Part shown: positions 11,726-21,213 of the stretch, in pieces | How positions within the stretch are numbered: position 1 is the first letter of the stretch | Layout: every line of letters begins with the position of its first letter | Source: Candidatus Oxydemutatoraceae bacterium | GTDB lineage: Bacteria; Pseudomonadota; Gammaproteobacteria; Poriferisulfidales; Oxydemutatoraceae | Reading direction: 5' to 3' | DNA: 64,000 nucleotides | Assembly: GCA_965219575.1 (NCBI GenBank) | Contig: OZ244779.1 | Span: 1,132,769 to 1,196,768, forward strand | The notes under the pieces: generated by a model | What the model was told of the DNA's origin: nothing | What the model saw: only the letters and a program-made list of their open reading frames with translations | Databases searched by the model: none | Made by a program: the position numbers and the translations under genes

Positions 11726-11774
11726 GGTTCCTTTATATTTGTGTATACTATTTATTGATTTAATCGGAGGCACT

Positions 11775-12269
11775 ATGGCCGGCAATACTTCTAATGATAT
11801 AAACAAACAATTTTACAAGCAAGTTGAACTTTCGGAACAACCTTTCGATGCTTTTGAAAAAATAAAAGCATATCAAAGGCAAGTGTCGGCCGAGAAATCC
11901 GGGGCTTTATCGCTGTTCGTAGGCACGATGCGTGATTTTAATCATAATGCCGAAGTGCAGAGCATGTGGCTTGAGCATTATCCAGAGATGACGCATAAAT
12001 ATATTACCGCGCAGTTGGATGAAGTTCATAGCCGCTATCAAGTCAACGATATTCGTATTGTGCATCGCGTCGGTGTGGTATATCCAGGAGACACCATCGT
12101 GGTTGTTGCGGTTTGGGCGGCGCACCGTAGCGATGCGATTGCGGCAAATCACTATCTCGTCGAACAGCTAAAATCCAAAGCACCTTTTTGGAAGAAAGAA
12201 AAGTTCAAAGATCAAAGCACGCACTGGGTTGCAGTCAATACGCCGGGTGCGAGTATACCCTCATACTAA
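11775..12269 (+). CDS. moaE: Molybdopterin synthase catalytic subunit
   Basis: FVGTMRD, LEHYPEMT, HRVG, AHR, LKSKAPFWKKE; GGAGG RBS before ATG 11775. Confidence 0.93.
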   Translation: MAGNTSNDINKQFYKQVELSEQPFDAFEKIKAYQRQVSAEKSGALSLFVGTMRDFNHNAEVQSMWLEHYPEMTHKYITAQLDEVHSRYQVNDIRIVHRVGVVYPGDTIVVVAVWAAHRSDAIAANHYLVEQLKSKAPFWKKEKFKDQSTHWVAVNTPGASIPSY

Positions 12270-12281
12270 AGGAGCTGAAAC

Positions 12282-12866
12282 ATGAAAAACCTCAAACGAC
12301 TATTGATTATTTATTCGCTAATACTCTTTTGCTTGCCTGCCGATGCGGCGGACTGGCAATTAAACCGCGAGCGCTCGGCGATTAGTTATCTCTCTTCCAA
12401 GCAAGCGACTGTCGAGACGCCGATGATGTTTGAAAGCAACCTTTTCCGTGAATTTTCCGGAACCATAGACGGTGCACAAGTTGAACTTGTGGTGGAATTG
12501 GATAGTTTGGATACCAAGGTAGCGATTCGCGACGAGCGTGTTGCCGAACATGTATTCTTGACCAAGCAGTATCCACAGGCGACCGTATCCGCCACCATAG
12601 ACGGCATTGAACAAATAAGTTATGAGCGCAAGCAAATAGCGGCAACACTCACGATGCGTGGTCAAAGCCACGGCGTGCAAGCCGAAGTTATCATTGAGCG
12701 TAGCGATCCTCGGACACTACGCATACAAACCACCACGCCGGTTTTGGTCAATGCCAACGCTTACGGTATGCTCGATGGGTTTGCAACACTCAAGCAATTG
12801 GTCGGGTTGATGCAGATCCCGATGACCATACCGGTGAGCTTACATCTGGTATTTGAAACCAACTGA
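12282..12866 (+). CDS. YceI-family periplasmic lipid/polyisoprenoid-binding protein
   Basis: Signal peptide, W-x-L...S-x-I-x-Y start, SLDTKVAIRDER motif, LTMRG. Confidence 0.8.
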   Translation: MKNLKRLLIIYSLILFCLPADAADWQLNRERSAISYLSSKQATVETPMMFESNLFREFSGTIDGAQVELVVELDSLDTKVAIRDERVAEHVFLTKQYPQATVSATIDGIEQISYERKQIAATLTMRGQSHGVQAEVIIERSDPRTLRIQTTTPVLVNANAYGMLDGFATLKQLVGLMQIPMTIPVSLHLVFETN

Positions 12867-13327
12867 CCTATAAGCTCAATCGGCGGATACTGCATTTCGC
12901 AATGTATGCGTCAGCAATGTGTTAAGGTTCTGCACGACACTAACCGATTGCGCCAACAAATAATGGTTTCCATAAATTGGATGGATGAATGTATAAATCA
13001 TGCAGATACGACACAACCACCCCGTCAGGCTACGCCTGCCACCCCTCCGAAGGAGGGGAATTAAATTTTGCAGACCCTTAGCGACCACCCCGTCAGGCTG
13101 CGCCTGCCGCCCCTCCGAAGGAAAGGAATGTACTGGTGCACATACTTCTGCGACCACCCCATTGAAAGGCTTACATTTTGTAGACATTTCAGAGTTCTGC
13201 ACAAAGTCACGCCGATTGAACCGGTAGGTCAATCGGCGGCTCTACTCTGCCCCCACGGCTCGGCGGTTATCGTAAATTCAATGGCGCAAGCGACTGTTTG
13301 TACAGAACGGCACTCTTCAACAGCCCC
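12864..13327. repeat. Composite repeat cluster (family-C palindromes, two reverse family-A units, MITE internal segment and right TIR)
   Basis: GCCGATTGA..TCAATCGGC at 13211-13237; A units at ~13015 and ~13082; ends with TTCAACAGCCCC at 13316-13327. Confidence 0.8.
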
Positions 13328-13412
13328 GTGTATCTGCACGACATTTTACCGCTTATCTAATATCTGCTACCGTTCATCGAAATGTTTCCCCTCACCCTAA
13401 ATATTCGCTCAC

Positions 13413-13440
13413 CCTATGAGTTTTAACTAAAACTCATAGG
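13413..13440 (+). promoter_or_regulatory. Perfect inverted repeat overlapping the Rpn Shine-Dalgarno
   Basis: CCTATGAGTTTTA-AC-TAAAACTCATAGG; the AGGAGG SD occupies 13438-13443. Confidence 0.55.
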
Positions 13441-13447
13441 AGGTTTC

Positions 13448-14389
13448 ATGAACAAAGAACAGAAAAAATATTTACCACTGACCAAAGACCGCGTCTTCAA
13501 ACGATACTTCTCAACTAATAAACAGGTACTGCTCTCGCTGATCAAGAGCTTTCTGCCGATCTCCGATAGTGCCTCGGATATGGTGATACTGAACCCTGGA
13601 AAAAACAACACAGAGTCCGAGTCTGCAAAGCAACCACAGAGTCAATCGGACGATAAGTTGCATCTGGAAGACAGTGTCATCCCACCGAGCACGCCGGACA
13701 GCAAGCAAGTCGTACTAGACCTCAATGTTAAATTGAATAGTGGCGAGAATGTTAGCATAGAAATGCAGGTCTATCGTGAGAAACACTTTCTGGGTAGAAT
13801 GTTGCTCTATTGGGCACAGTTGCATACGCATGTCGTAAACCGTGGACAAAAGTATAGCAAGATTAGTCCGACCTACTTGCTGGCATTCACCGACTTCACG
13901 GTATTTGGCGACACAGACGAACATATAGACCAACTAGAAATCAAATCGATTAAGCATCTGAATAAGAAACTCAAGATGGATTTAACGATAATGATAGTGG
14001 AACTAAACAAATTTAATAAGAGCTACTTAGAGCTAGTTGATATGGCTGATAGGTGGTGCTATATTATGAAACACGCAAAGGACTTGACACCCGAGCAGGT
14101 AGCGCATTTATCACAAGACGGAGAGATAAAGATGGCATTAGAGCATTTAGAGAAAGTATCGGAAGAGGAGATAGAGCTGTGGGATTCTATAGCCCACGAC
14201 AGATACAAGCTGGAATACAACTTGGAAAGGGAAGGACTGATAGAGGAAGGCATTGAACAGGGCATTGAAAAAGGTAGGGTTAAAGAGGCTCGAAATATCG
14301 CTTTGAATATGTTGCAAAAGGGCTATAAGGTTTTGGCAATTTCCGAAGTGACGGGTTTATCCGCTGAGGAGATTAAACGGCTCAAATAA
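13448..14389 (+). CDS. Rpn-family PD-(D/E)XK nuclease (putative transposase family)
   Basis: D-x-V-F-K-x-x-F N-terminus, LDLNV...VSIEMQV catalytic motif, ELNKF, EEGIEQGIEKG repeats, ISEVTGLSAEEI C-terminus. Confidence 0.9.
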   Translation: MNKEQKKYLPLTKDRVFKRYFSTNKQVLLSLIKSFLPISDSASDMVILNPGKNNTESESAKQPQSQSDDKLHLEDSVIPPSTPDSKQVVLDLNVKLNSGENVSIEMQVYREKHFLGRMLLYWAQLHTHVVNRGQKYSKISPTYLLAFTDFTVFGDTDEHIDQLEIKSIKHLNKKLKMDLTIMIVELNKFNKSYLELVDMADRWCYIMKHAKDLTPEQVAHLSQDGEIKMALEHLEKVSEEEIELWDSIAHDRYKLEYNLEREGLIEEGIEQGIEKGRVKEARNIALNMLQKGYKVLAISEVTGLSAEEIKRLK

Positions 14390-14429
14390 CAACGCAAAGT
14401 CGCTGTTCTTATACATTGTGTCGGCACAT

Positions 14430-14678
14430 GAGACTGTGAAAAAGTATCGTCAGCGTGCAGCCGCAACCGCTTGCGCCATTTGGTTTTGGTTTCCATAAAT
14501 CAGATGAATGAATGTATAAATCGTCCATGCATAACGCGTTACGGGCAGAACAGAGCCGCCGATTGAGCCAGTAGGTCAATCGGCAATTTAATTTTAGTCC
14601 GCCCCTACGGCGGTTTGCAAATGTTCATGGCGCACAGCGATTGGGTTTGAGCAATGCCCGTACTTTTTCAACAGCCCC
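14430..14678. mobile_element. MITE copy (degenerate left TIR)
   Basis: GAGACTGTGAAAAAGTAT ... TACTTTTTCAACAGCCCC; contains a REP palindrome with a family-C palindrome in its loop. Confidence 0.8.
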
Positions 14679-14778
14679 CTTTAGCGACCACCCCATGGAA
14701 AGGCTTTACATTTTGTACTATGTATTAAGTTCTGCACAGTGTTACGCCGATTGACTTACCGGTTCAATGGCGGTTCTG

Positions 14779-16041
14779 TCATATTAAAGCTTCAAAAGGA
14801 ATCACGGTGACCGTGTCGCCCGCCGCCACCCTCGAGGTGTCTTGTGCCAGCACGATAAAGCAGTTGGCTTTGCTGAGCGAGCTCAATATGCCCGAACCCT
14901 GAGAACCGGTCGTGCTTACTTGCAGATCGCCGTTGTCGCAGACATTGAGTATGCCTCGCTGATATTCGGTTCTGCCGGGTCGTTTGCGCAAATCGCCGAG
15001 CGTCGTCGCTTTTACTTCGAGGGGCTTGTGTTCGTTTTCTCCGCTCATTTTTTTTAGTGCCGGTTGTACGAAGATATAAAAAGTCGTCATCACCGATACC
15101 GGATTACCGGGCAAACCGAAATAGAGTTTTTCGCCTATGCTTCCGAAAGCGAGCGGACGACCGGGCTTCATGGCGATTTTCCAAAAGTTTATTTTTCCCA
15201 CCGCCTCGAACACCGATTTGGAATAATCGGCTTCGCCGACCGATACGCCGCCGCTGGTGATAACCACATCGTGATTTGATGCAGCGGTCTCGAAGGCGGT
15301 TCTCAAAGACTCGGGTTGATCGCCGACGATACCCAAGTCGGTGACTTCCACATCGAGTCGTTTGAGCATCGCAAATAGCGTGTAGCGATTGCTGTCGTAT
15401 ATTTCGCCTTTCTCCAGCGGACTTCCGACCGTGCGCAATTCATCGCCGGTCGAGAAAAAGCAGACTTTGAGGCGACGATAGACTTTGAGTTGTGCGATGC
15501 CCAGAGATGCCGCCAAACCTATATCGGCGGCATTCAGCTTTCTGCCTCGCTTCAAGACAATGTTGCCGACGGCAATATCTTCGCCGGCGCGCCGTACATT
15601 TTGCGCCTTGCGATGCAGCTTGCCGTCGGTCACTATCGTATCGCTGTCTTTAATCGTATGCTCCTGTATCACCACGGTATCCGCACCTTCGGGTATTACT
15701 CCGCCGGTCATAATGCGTATCGTCTCGCACCGCCCGAGCGATTTTCGCGAAGGGTGTCCGGCGAACGCGGTATCTATGACTTTGAACGAAGTGTTGCCGT
15801 CGTCTTTGAGGTCGGCAAAGCGTATCGCATAACCGTCCATTGCCGAGTTGTCGTGTCCGGGCACATCGATAGACGACTTCAAGTTTTCGGCAAGGACTCG
15901 ATGCAGTGCATTTTTCAATGCGACTTGTTCGTAATCTTTTATCGGTGCGGCACTTGCTTTGATCGTATGCAGTGCTACATCTACGCTTAAACTTTCGGGG
16001 TCGTAATCGTCGGCACAGCTGGGGGCGGTCTGGATAGTCAT
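14779..16041 (-). CDS. moeA: Molybdopterin molybdotransferase
   Basis: NSAMDGYA, IMTGG, STGDEL, SGGVSVGEADY, MKPGRP, GLPGNPVS. Confidence 0.97.
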   Translation of the reverse strand: MTIQTAPSCADDYDPESLSVDVALHTIKASAAPIKDYEQVALKNALHRVLAENLKSSIDVPGHDNSAMDGYAIRFADLKDDGNTSFKVIDTAFAGHPSRKSLGRCETIRIMTGGVIPEGADTVVIQEHTIKDSDTIVTDGKLHRKAQNVRRAGEDIAVGNIVLKRGRKLNAADIGLAASLGIAQLKVYRRLKVCFFSTGDELRTVGSPLEKGEIYDSNRYTLFAMLKRLDVEVTDLGIVGDQPESLRTAFETAASNHDVVITSGGVSVGEADYSKSVFEAVGKINFWKIAMKPGRPLAFGSIGEKLYFGLPGNPVSVMTTFYIFVQPALKKMSGENEHKPLEVKATTLGDLRKRPGRTEYQRGILNVCDNGDLQVSTTGSQGSGILSSLSKANCFIVLAQDTSRVAAGDTVTVIPFEALI

Positions 16042-16541
16042 CGTTTTTTAAGCATTACATAAGCTGCCCCGTCGCCACCGTCCTTGGGCATTGCGAACTC
16101 GTAGGCGAGTATTTCCGGGCTGGCAATCATATACGAGCAGATTATTTTTTTAAGCACCGGTCCTTCTTGCGAGGATAAACCCTTGCCGAAGATAACCAAA
16201 AAGTACGGTATTCCCTCGCTTCGACATTGCTTGATATGGTCATTCAATTCCTCAACCGCAGGTTCTTTGTTATAACCGTGCAGGTCTATACATGATTTTA
16301 TTTTGCCGAAATGGTTTCTAAAACGACGCAGGCTCGCACTATTGGTGCCGGCACTTTTATATGATTTAGGCACCGGATCGATGGTGTCAAAAGAAATATT
16401 TTCTATATAATGAGTATTCTGCACAGCTTGTCGTTGTTCCGGGGTAGCGTGGGAGGCGTGCCTCGGTGTATCGCAAGCGAGTGTGTTTTTAGAACTTTCG
16501 AATAATTCGCTGAAGTTTAATTCTTTATCGGGCATGGTCAT
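16038..16541 (-). CDS. Smr/MutS2 C-terminal domain protein
   Basis: IDLHG, VIFGKG, DGGDGAAYVML motifs. Confidence 0.88.
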   Translation of the reverse strand: MTMPDKELNFSELFESSKNTLACDTPRHASHATPEQRQAVQNTHYIENISFDTIDPVPKSYKSAGTNSASLRRFRNHFGKIKSCIDLHGYNKEPAVEELNDHIKQCRSEGIPYFLVIFGKGLSSQEGPVLKKIICSYMIASPEILAYEFAMPKDGGDGAAYVMLKKR

Positions 16542-16777
16542 TCAGATTTTATAACAAGTTCGGGAATTATATAAATAACTTAACAAAGAAAAGATAAAAT
16601 ACCCTAATGAAAGCTCACAGAACAATTCGCAAACATATTGGCGGCTGGGAATACCGCAACCGGGCGTGGAGGTGGCGGGGTTGCCCGACCTGTGAAGCGT
16701 CAAAAAGATAAGGTAGTGAGACAAGCTAAAAAGTCTGTCAATTTATCTATATAATTCCGACAAGTTTAAGATTTTAT

Positions 16778-17527
16778 ATGCATATTTTAATTAGCAACGA
16801 CGACGGCTATTTGAGCCCCGGCACTAAATTACTCTTTGAAGCATTAGCCGAATTCATGCAAGTGACCGCAGTCACACCGACCCGCAATCGTTCTGCGGCG
16901 AGCAACTCTTTGACCTTGGATCGCCCTTTGCGCGTTTATAACATCGGCAAAAACTACTATGCGGTAGACGGCACACCCACCGATTGCGTACATCTTGCGC
17001 TCACCGGATTACTCAAAGATGTTGCCCCCGATGTAGTGATATCGGGCATCAACCACGGACCCAATTTAGGCGACGATGTGCTGTATTCGGGAACCGTCGC
17101 CGCAGCGATGGAAGGGCGTTTTTTGGGTTTGCCGGCGATCGCAATATCGGCGAACAACACACAACCCAAATATGTGAGCGATGCGGTTCGTACTGCGTGC
17201 GACCTGATTAAACGTCTATTAAAAGACCCCGTGCCTGCCAAAATACTCAACATCAATATACCCGACCTGCCTTACGAACGGATCGAAGGCATCGAAATTA
17301 CCCGCTTAGGCTCGCGCCACAAGGCGGAACCGGTGATAAAGACCAACGACCCTAAGGGAAACCCTATTTACTGGGTCGGTTCCGCAGGCAGCGAACAAGA
17401 CGCCGGACCGGGTACCGATTTTCATGCCGTCAATCACAACCGTGTTTCTATAACACCCCTGGATGTGGATTTGACGCACCATCAATTACTCGACGAGATG
17501 CGCCGCTCGTGGAGTAATACAAAATAG
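16778..17527 (+). CDS. surE: 5'/3'-nucleotidase SurE
   Basis: ILISNDDG, GTPTDCV, SGINHGPNLG, YSGTVAAA. Confidence 0.97.
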   Translation: MHILISNDDGYLSPGTKLLFEALAEFMQVTAVTPTRNRSAASNSLTLDRPLRVYNIGKNYYAVDGTPTDCVHLALTGLLKDVAPDVVISGINHGPNLGDDVLYSGTVAAAMEGRFLGLPAIAISANNTQPKYVSDAVRTACDLIKRLLKDPVPAKILNINIPDLPYERIEGIEITRLGSRHKAEPVIKTNDPKGNPIYWVGSAGSEQDAGPGTDFHAVNHNRVSITPLDVDLTHHQLLDEMRRSWSNTK

Positions 17528-17529
17528 CA

Positions 17530-18186
17530 ATGCACTCTGTTTCTAAAGCACCCGCTAAAGCGTCCGCCTATGCCAAACAGGAATTGATACGCAGTCTGCG
17601 CAACAAAGGCATAAGCGATGAGCGTGTATTGGCAGCGATGCACAATGTGCCGCGCCACCTATTTATCGGAAAGGAATACGCACATCTCGCGTACGAGGAT
17701 CAATCGCTGCCTATAGACCATCGGCAAACGATTTCTCAACCTTATGTCGTTGCCTATATGACGCAGACACTGATGGCACAAGATATAGACACGGTGTTGG
17801 AAATAGGCACCGGTTCCGGTTATCAAACTGCCGTTTTGGCGCAACTGATTCCACGGGTATTCACGGTAGAGAGAATTTCCGCGCTCACACGCGGTGCGCG
17901 TGCTTTATTGAAAAAGCTAGGCTATAAGAACATTCACTTTAGAACCAGTGACGGCGGTTCGGGGTGGAAGCAATTCGCACCGTACCAAGCGATTATCGTG
18001 ACCGCAGCCGCAACCTCGGTACCGGAAAAACTATACCTGCAACTTGCTCCCAAAGGTCGGATGGTTATTCCTTTGGGCAGCGAAGGTAGCACGCAACAAC
18101 TGACTTTGGTGACACCGACAATACGCGGCCCGAAATTAAAATCCTTGCTCGCCGTAAAATTCGTACCTTTGATACAAAAACAATAG
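17530..18186 (+). CDS. pcm: Protein-L-isoaspartate O-methyltransferase
   Basis: VPRHLF, QTISQPY, VLEIGTGSGYQ, FVPL; surE-pcm synteny. Confidence 0.96.
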   Translation: MHSVSKAPAKASAYAKQELIRSLRNKGISDERVLAAMHNVPRHLFIGKEYAHLAYEDQSLPIDHRQTISQPYVVAYMTQTLMAQDIDTVLEIGTGSGYQTAVLAQLIPRVFTVERISALTRGARALLKKLGYKNIHFRTSDGGSGWKQFAPYQAIIVTAAATSVPEKLYLQLAPKGRMVIPLGSEGSTQQLTLVTPTIRGPKLKSLLAVKFVPLIQKQ

Positions 18187-18224
18187 TCAAACCTATGAGT
18201 CCATATCAATGCATACAAAAAACT

Positions 18225-18545
18225 GTAGGGGCGGACTTATATGTCCGCCCTTAAGTGCCGTTCTGCACAGCCGTAACCGCTTGCGCCATTTGGTTTTGGT
18301 TTCTATAAATCGAGTGAATGAATGTATAAATCGTGTAGATACGATGGGGCTGTTGAAAATGTGCGGACATCGCACAAATCTAACCGCTGTGCGCCAACAA
18401 ATAATGGTTTCCATAAATTGGATGGATGAATGTATAAACATAGTACAGATACGACACAACCACCCCGTCAGGCTTCGCCTGCCACCCCTCCGAAGGAGGG
18501 GAATGTACTGCCCCTCAGGTTCGTGGATACTTTTTCAACAGCCCC
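18225..18545. mobile_element. REP palindrome and MITE internal segment followed by a complete MITE (18346-18545) carrying a family-A unit
   Basis: GTAGGGGCGGAC-ttatat-GTCCGCCCTT at 18225-18252; GGGGCTGTTGAAAA ... ATACTTTTTCAACAGCCCC. Confidence 0.8.
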
Positions 18546-18589
18546 GGCGTATCTGCACAGGTAGGGTGTCGGTCTAAAACAATGAACGA

Positions 18590-19165
18590 ATGATATTCGC
18601 AAAGCTATACCGAAAAACAATTTCGTGGGCGCAACGTCCGAATGCACTCAAATATCTATACGGGTGGAGTGTTGCCGAATCGGTTTTTTTCCCGATACCG
18701 ACGGAGGCATTGATGATACCTATCTGCGCAACGCAAGCGAACAATGCTCTACGGATTGCATTTTGGGTCACAGTAACTTCGGTTGTCGGTGGTTTGATTG
18801 GTTATGCGATAGGTTATTTTTTGTTCAACGAGATAGAACCTTGGATAAGAACAGCCGGCTATTACACCGCATATCAGCAATCGGTTGAATTGTTTGACGA
18901 GTGGGGCGCATGGATTATTTTGGTTGCGGCGTTTAGCCCGATCCCTTATAAGCTGTTCACGATTAGTGCCGGCGTATTAAGCCAAAGCCTGCCGATTTTC
19001 ATAATTGCTTCGCTAATCGGCAGAGGCGCGCGCTATTTTCTGGTCGCATTATTGTTGCGCTACGCCGGTCCGAAGATCGTGCCTTATTTGGAACAACGCA
19101 TCGAACTCTTAGGCTGGGCAACCGTAGTGATTTTAGCGGTTATAATTTATATCTATTATGTTTAA
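18590..19165 (+). CDS. YqaA/DedA-family membrane protein
   Basis: ESVFFPIP, FSPIPYKLFTI, GRGARY motifs; lies between pcm and nlpD. Confidence 0.88.
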   Translation: MIFAKLYRKTISWAQRPNALKYLYGWSVAESVFFPIPTEALMIPICATQANNALRIAFWVTVTSVVGGLIGYAIGYFLFNEIEPWIRTAGYYTAYQQSVELFDEWGAWIILVAAFSPIPYKLFTISAGVLSQSLPIFIIASLIGRGARYFLVALLLRYAGPKIVPYLEQRIELLGWATVVILAVIIYIYYV

Positions 19166-20009
19166 CACCGAGCCTATACTAAAACTTTGCGCGATGTTGT
19201 TTGCGATAGCCGTACTGTCGGCTTGTGCTACTACTCAAGAGTACTGGACAGGCGATGATAAAGTCGCCTCATCTCCTAAAACCTACACAGTCGACAAAGG
19301 CGATACGCTGTATAGCATCGCTTGGCTTTACGAACTCGATTATCGCCGACTGGCGCAATGGAACGACATCAAGGCACCGAATTATTTGATCTATCCCGGA
19401 CAGCAGTTACGGTTGGACATCCCCGAACCGGCGACCGAACCCGAAGATGAACCCGAATCCGAACCCGAAGCCAAGCAAACAGCCGCAAAGACGATCCGTC
19501 TTTCGGAGTGGCAGTGGCCGTTGAATAAGCCCGAAGTGAAAGCGTTGCCTCGCTCCAACGCACTATTGATGAAAGGTAAACCTTCCGAAGCCGTGCGTGC
19601 AACCGCCGCCGGCATCGTCGTTTATAGTGGTTTTAATTTGAAACATTACGACGGTTTGATTATCATAAAGCACGACGGCGACATCTTCAGCGTCTACGGG
19701 AATAACGAAGCACTTCTGGTAGTAGAGAAAGAACGGGTTGCCGTCGGACAAGAGATTGCGCGGCTGCCGGCATCGCAAGCCGACGCAAATCTGTATTTTG
19801 AAATTAAACATCGCAATAAATCCTTAAAAGCGGTCAATTATTTACCAGCCTTGAAAATAGGGCTGTTAGAAAAGTATTTCATGCATCGTAGAGGCGGGCG
19901 GACATATAAGTCCGCCCCTACAGGTGGTTTGGGTAATTATGTGGCGCACAGCGATTGGATTTTTGCGACGCCTGCATTTTTTCAACAGCCTAAAATATCG
20001 ACTCGTTGA
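19158..20009 (+). CDS. nlpD: NlpD-like LysM/M23 lipoprotein with a MITE-derived C-terminal insertion
   Basis: Lipobox LSAC, LysM (YTVDKGDTLYSIAW), degenerate M23 domain (WQWP, IIIKH, YGNN, LYFEI). Confidence 0.85.
   Translation: MFNTEPILKLCAMLFAIAVLSACATTQEYWTGDDKVASSPKTYTVDKGDTLYSIAWLYELDYRRLAQWNDIKAPNYLIYPGQQLRLDIPEPATEPEDEPESEPEAKQTAAKTIRLSEWQWPLNKPEVKALPRSNALLMKGKPSEAVRATAAGIVVYSGFNLKHYDGLIIIKHDGDIFSVYGNNEALLVVEKERVAVGQEIARLPASQADANLYFEIKHRNKSLKAVNYLPALKIGLLEKYFMHRRGGRTYKSAPTGGLGNYVAHSDWIFATPAFFQQPKISTR
19860..19991. mobile_element. 132-bp MITE inserted in frame in nlpD
   Basis: GGGCTGTTAGAAAAGT ... TTTTTTCAACAGCCT flanked by AAAATA at 19854-19859 and 19992-19997. Confidence 0.85.
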
Positions 20010-20012
20010 ACT

Positions 20013-21185
20013 ATGCCAACCGAAGAATTTCATAGAATACAACGGCTACCGCCGTATGTTTTCAATATCGTCAACGAATTGAAGCAAGCCGAGCGGGCGC
20101 GCGGAGAGGATGTTATCGATTTAGGCATGGGCAACCCCGACCAACCCGCACCGCAGCATGTGGTCGATAAGCTGATAGAAACCTGCAGCCGCAAGGATAC
20201 CCACCGTTATTCCATGTCCAGAGGTATTCCCAGATTACGTTCTGCGATATGCAACTGGTATCAGCGCAAATACGATGTGGTGTTGGATCCCGAAAGCGAA
20301 GCAATCGTCACCATAGGTTCCAAAGACGGCTTGGCACATCTTGCGTTGGCGGTGTTGGGTCCCGGTGATTGCGTGCTGGTGCCTACGCCGGCGTATCCTA
20401 TACATCCGTACGGCTGTGTGATTGCCGGTGCCGATGTGCAGTACCTTGCGTTGAGCGACAGTGAAAGTTTCTTCGACGGCTTGCAACAGGCGATACAAAA
20501 TAGCTGGCCGCGTCCCAAGCTACTGCTCCTCAATTTTCCATGCAACCCGACGACGCAGTGCGTGTCGCTTGATTTTTTTGAAAAAGCGGTGGCAATCGCG
20601 CGCGAACACGATATGTGGATAATCAACGACAACGCATACGCCGAGATCGTCTTTGACGGCTACCGAGCACCTTCTCTACTGCAGGTCCCGGGTGCCACCG
20701 ACATCGGTGCGGAGTTCTATTCTTTATCGAAGACCTATAATATGCCGGGCTGGCGAGTCGGTTTTATGTGCGGCAACCGCACCCTAGTACAGGCTTTGGC
20801 GAGGATCAAGTCCTATTTGGACTACGGGTTGTTCACACCGATACAGGTTGCTGCGATTTGTGCGTTGGAAAGCTCCCAAGCGTGTGTTGCCGAAACCGTG
20901 GCACTCTATCAGGGCCGTCGTGATGTATTATGCGAAGGTTTGGATAAAATAGGGTGGCATTTTGAAAAACCCGAAGCGACGATGTTTGTCTGGGCACCGG
21001 TGCCGGCAGCCTACGCCGACAAAGGTTCGCTGGAGTTTTCAAAGTTGCTGTTGAAAGAAGCGAAAGTCGCAGTGTCGCCGGGTATCGGTTTCGGCAAGAA
21101 CGGCGACTCGCATATACGCTTTAGCCTGATAGAGAATAAACAGCGTATCAGGCAAGCGGTCAGAAATATCAAAAGGATATTGTAA
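20013..21185 (+). CDS. alaC: Alanine transaminase (class I PLP aminotransferase)
   Basis: [30 protein letters not shown]; alaC-hom-thrC context. Confidence 0.88.
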   Translation: MPTEEFHRIQRLPPYVFNIVNELKQAERARGEDVIDLGMGNPDQPAPQHVVDKLIETCSRKDTHRYSMSRGIPRLRSAICNWYQRKYDVVLDPESEAIVTIGSKDGLAHLALAVLGPGDCVLVPTPAYPIHPYGCVIAGADVQYLALSDSESFFDGLQQAIQNSWPRPKLLLLNFPCNPTTQCVSLDFFEKAVAIAREHDMWIINDNAYAEIVFDGYRAPSLLQVPGATDIGAEFYSLSKTYNMPGWRVGFMCGNRTLVQALARIKSYLDYGLFTPIQVAAICALESSQACVAETVALYQGRRDVLCEGLDKIGWHFEKPEATMFVWAPVPAAYADKGSLEFSKLLLKEAKVAVSPGIGFGKNGDSHIRFSLIENKQRIRQAVRNIKRIL

Positions 21186-21213
21186 CGAACACGAGACTAA
21201 AGAAGCAAAACAT

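Noticed and set aside
16660-16695. Minus-strand CCCGCCACCTCCAC resembles a tmRNA/tRNA 3' end
   Set aside because: No TTCGA T-loop, no CCA, and no matching acceptor 5' strand.
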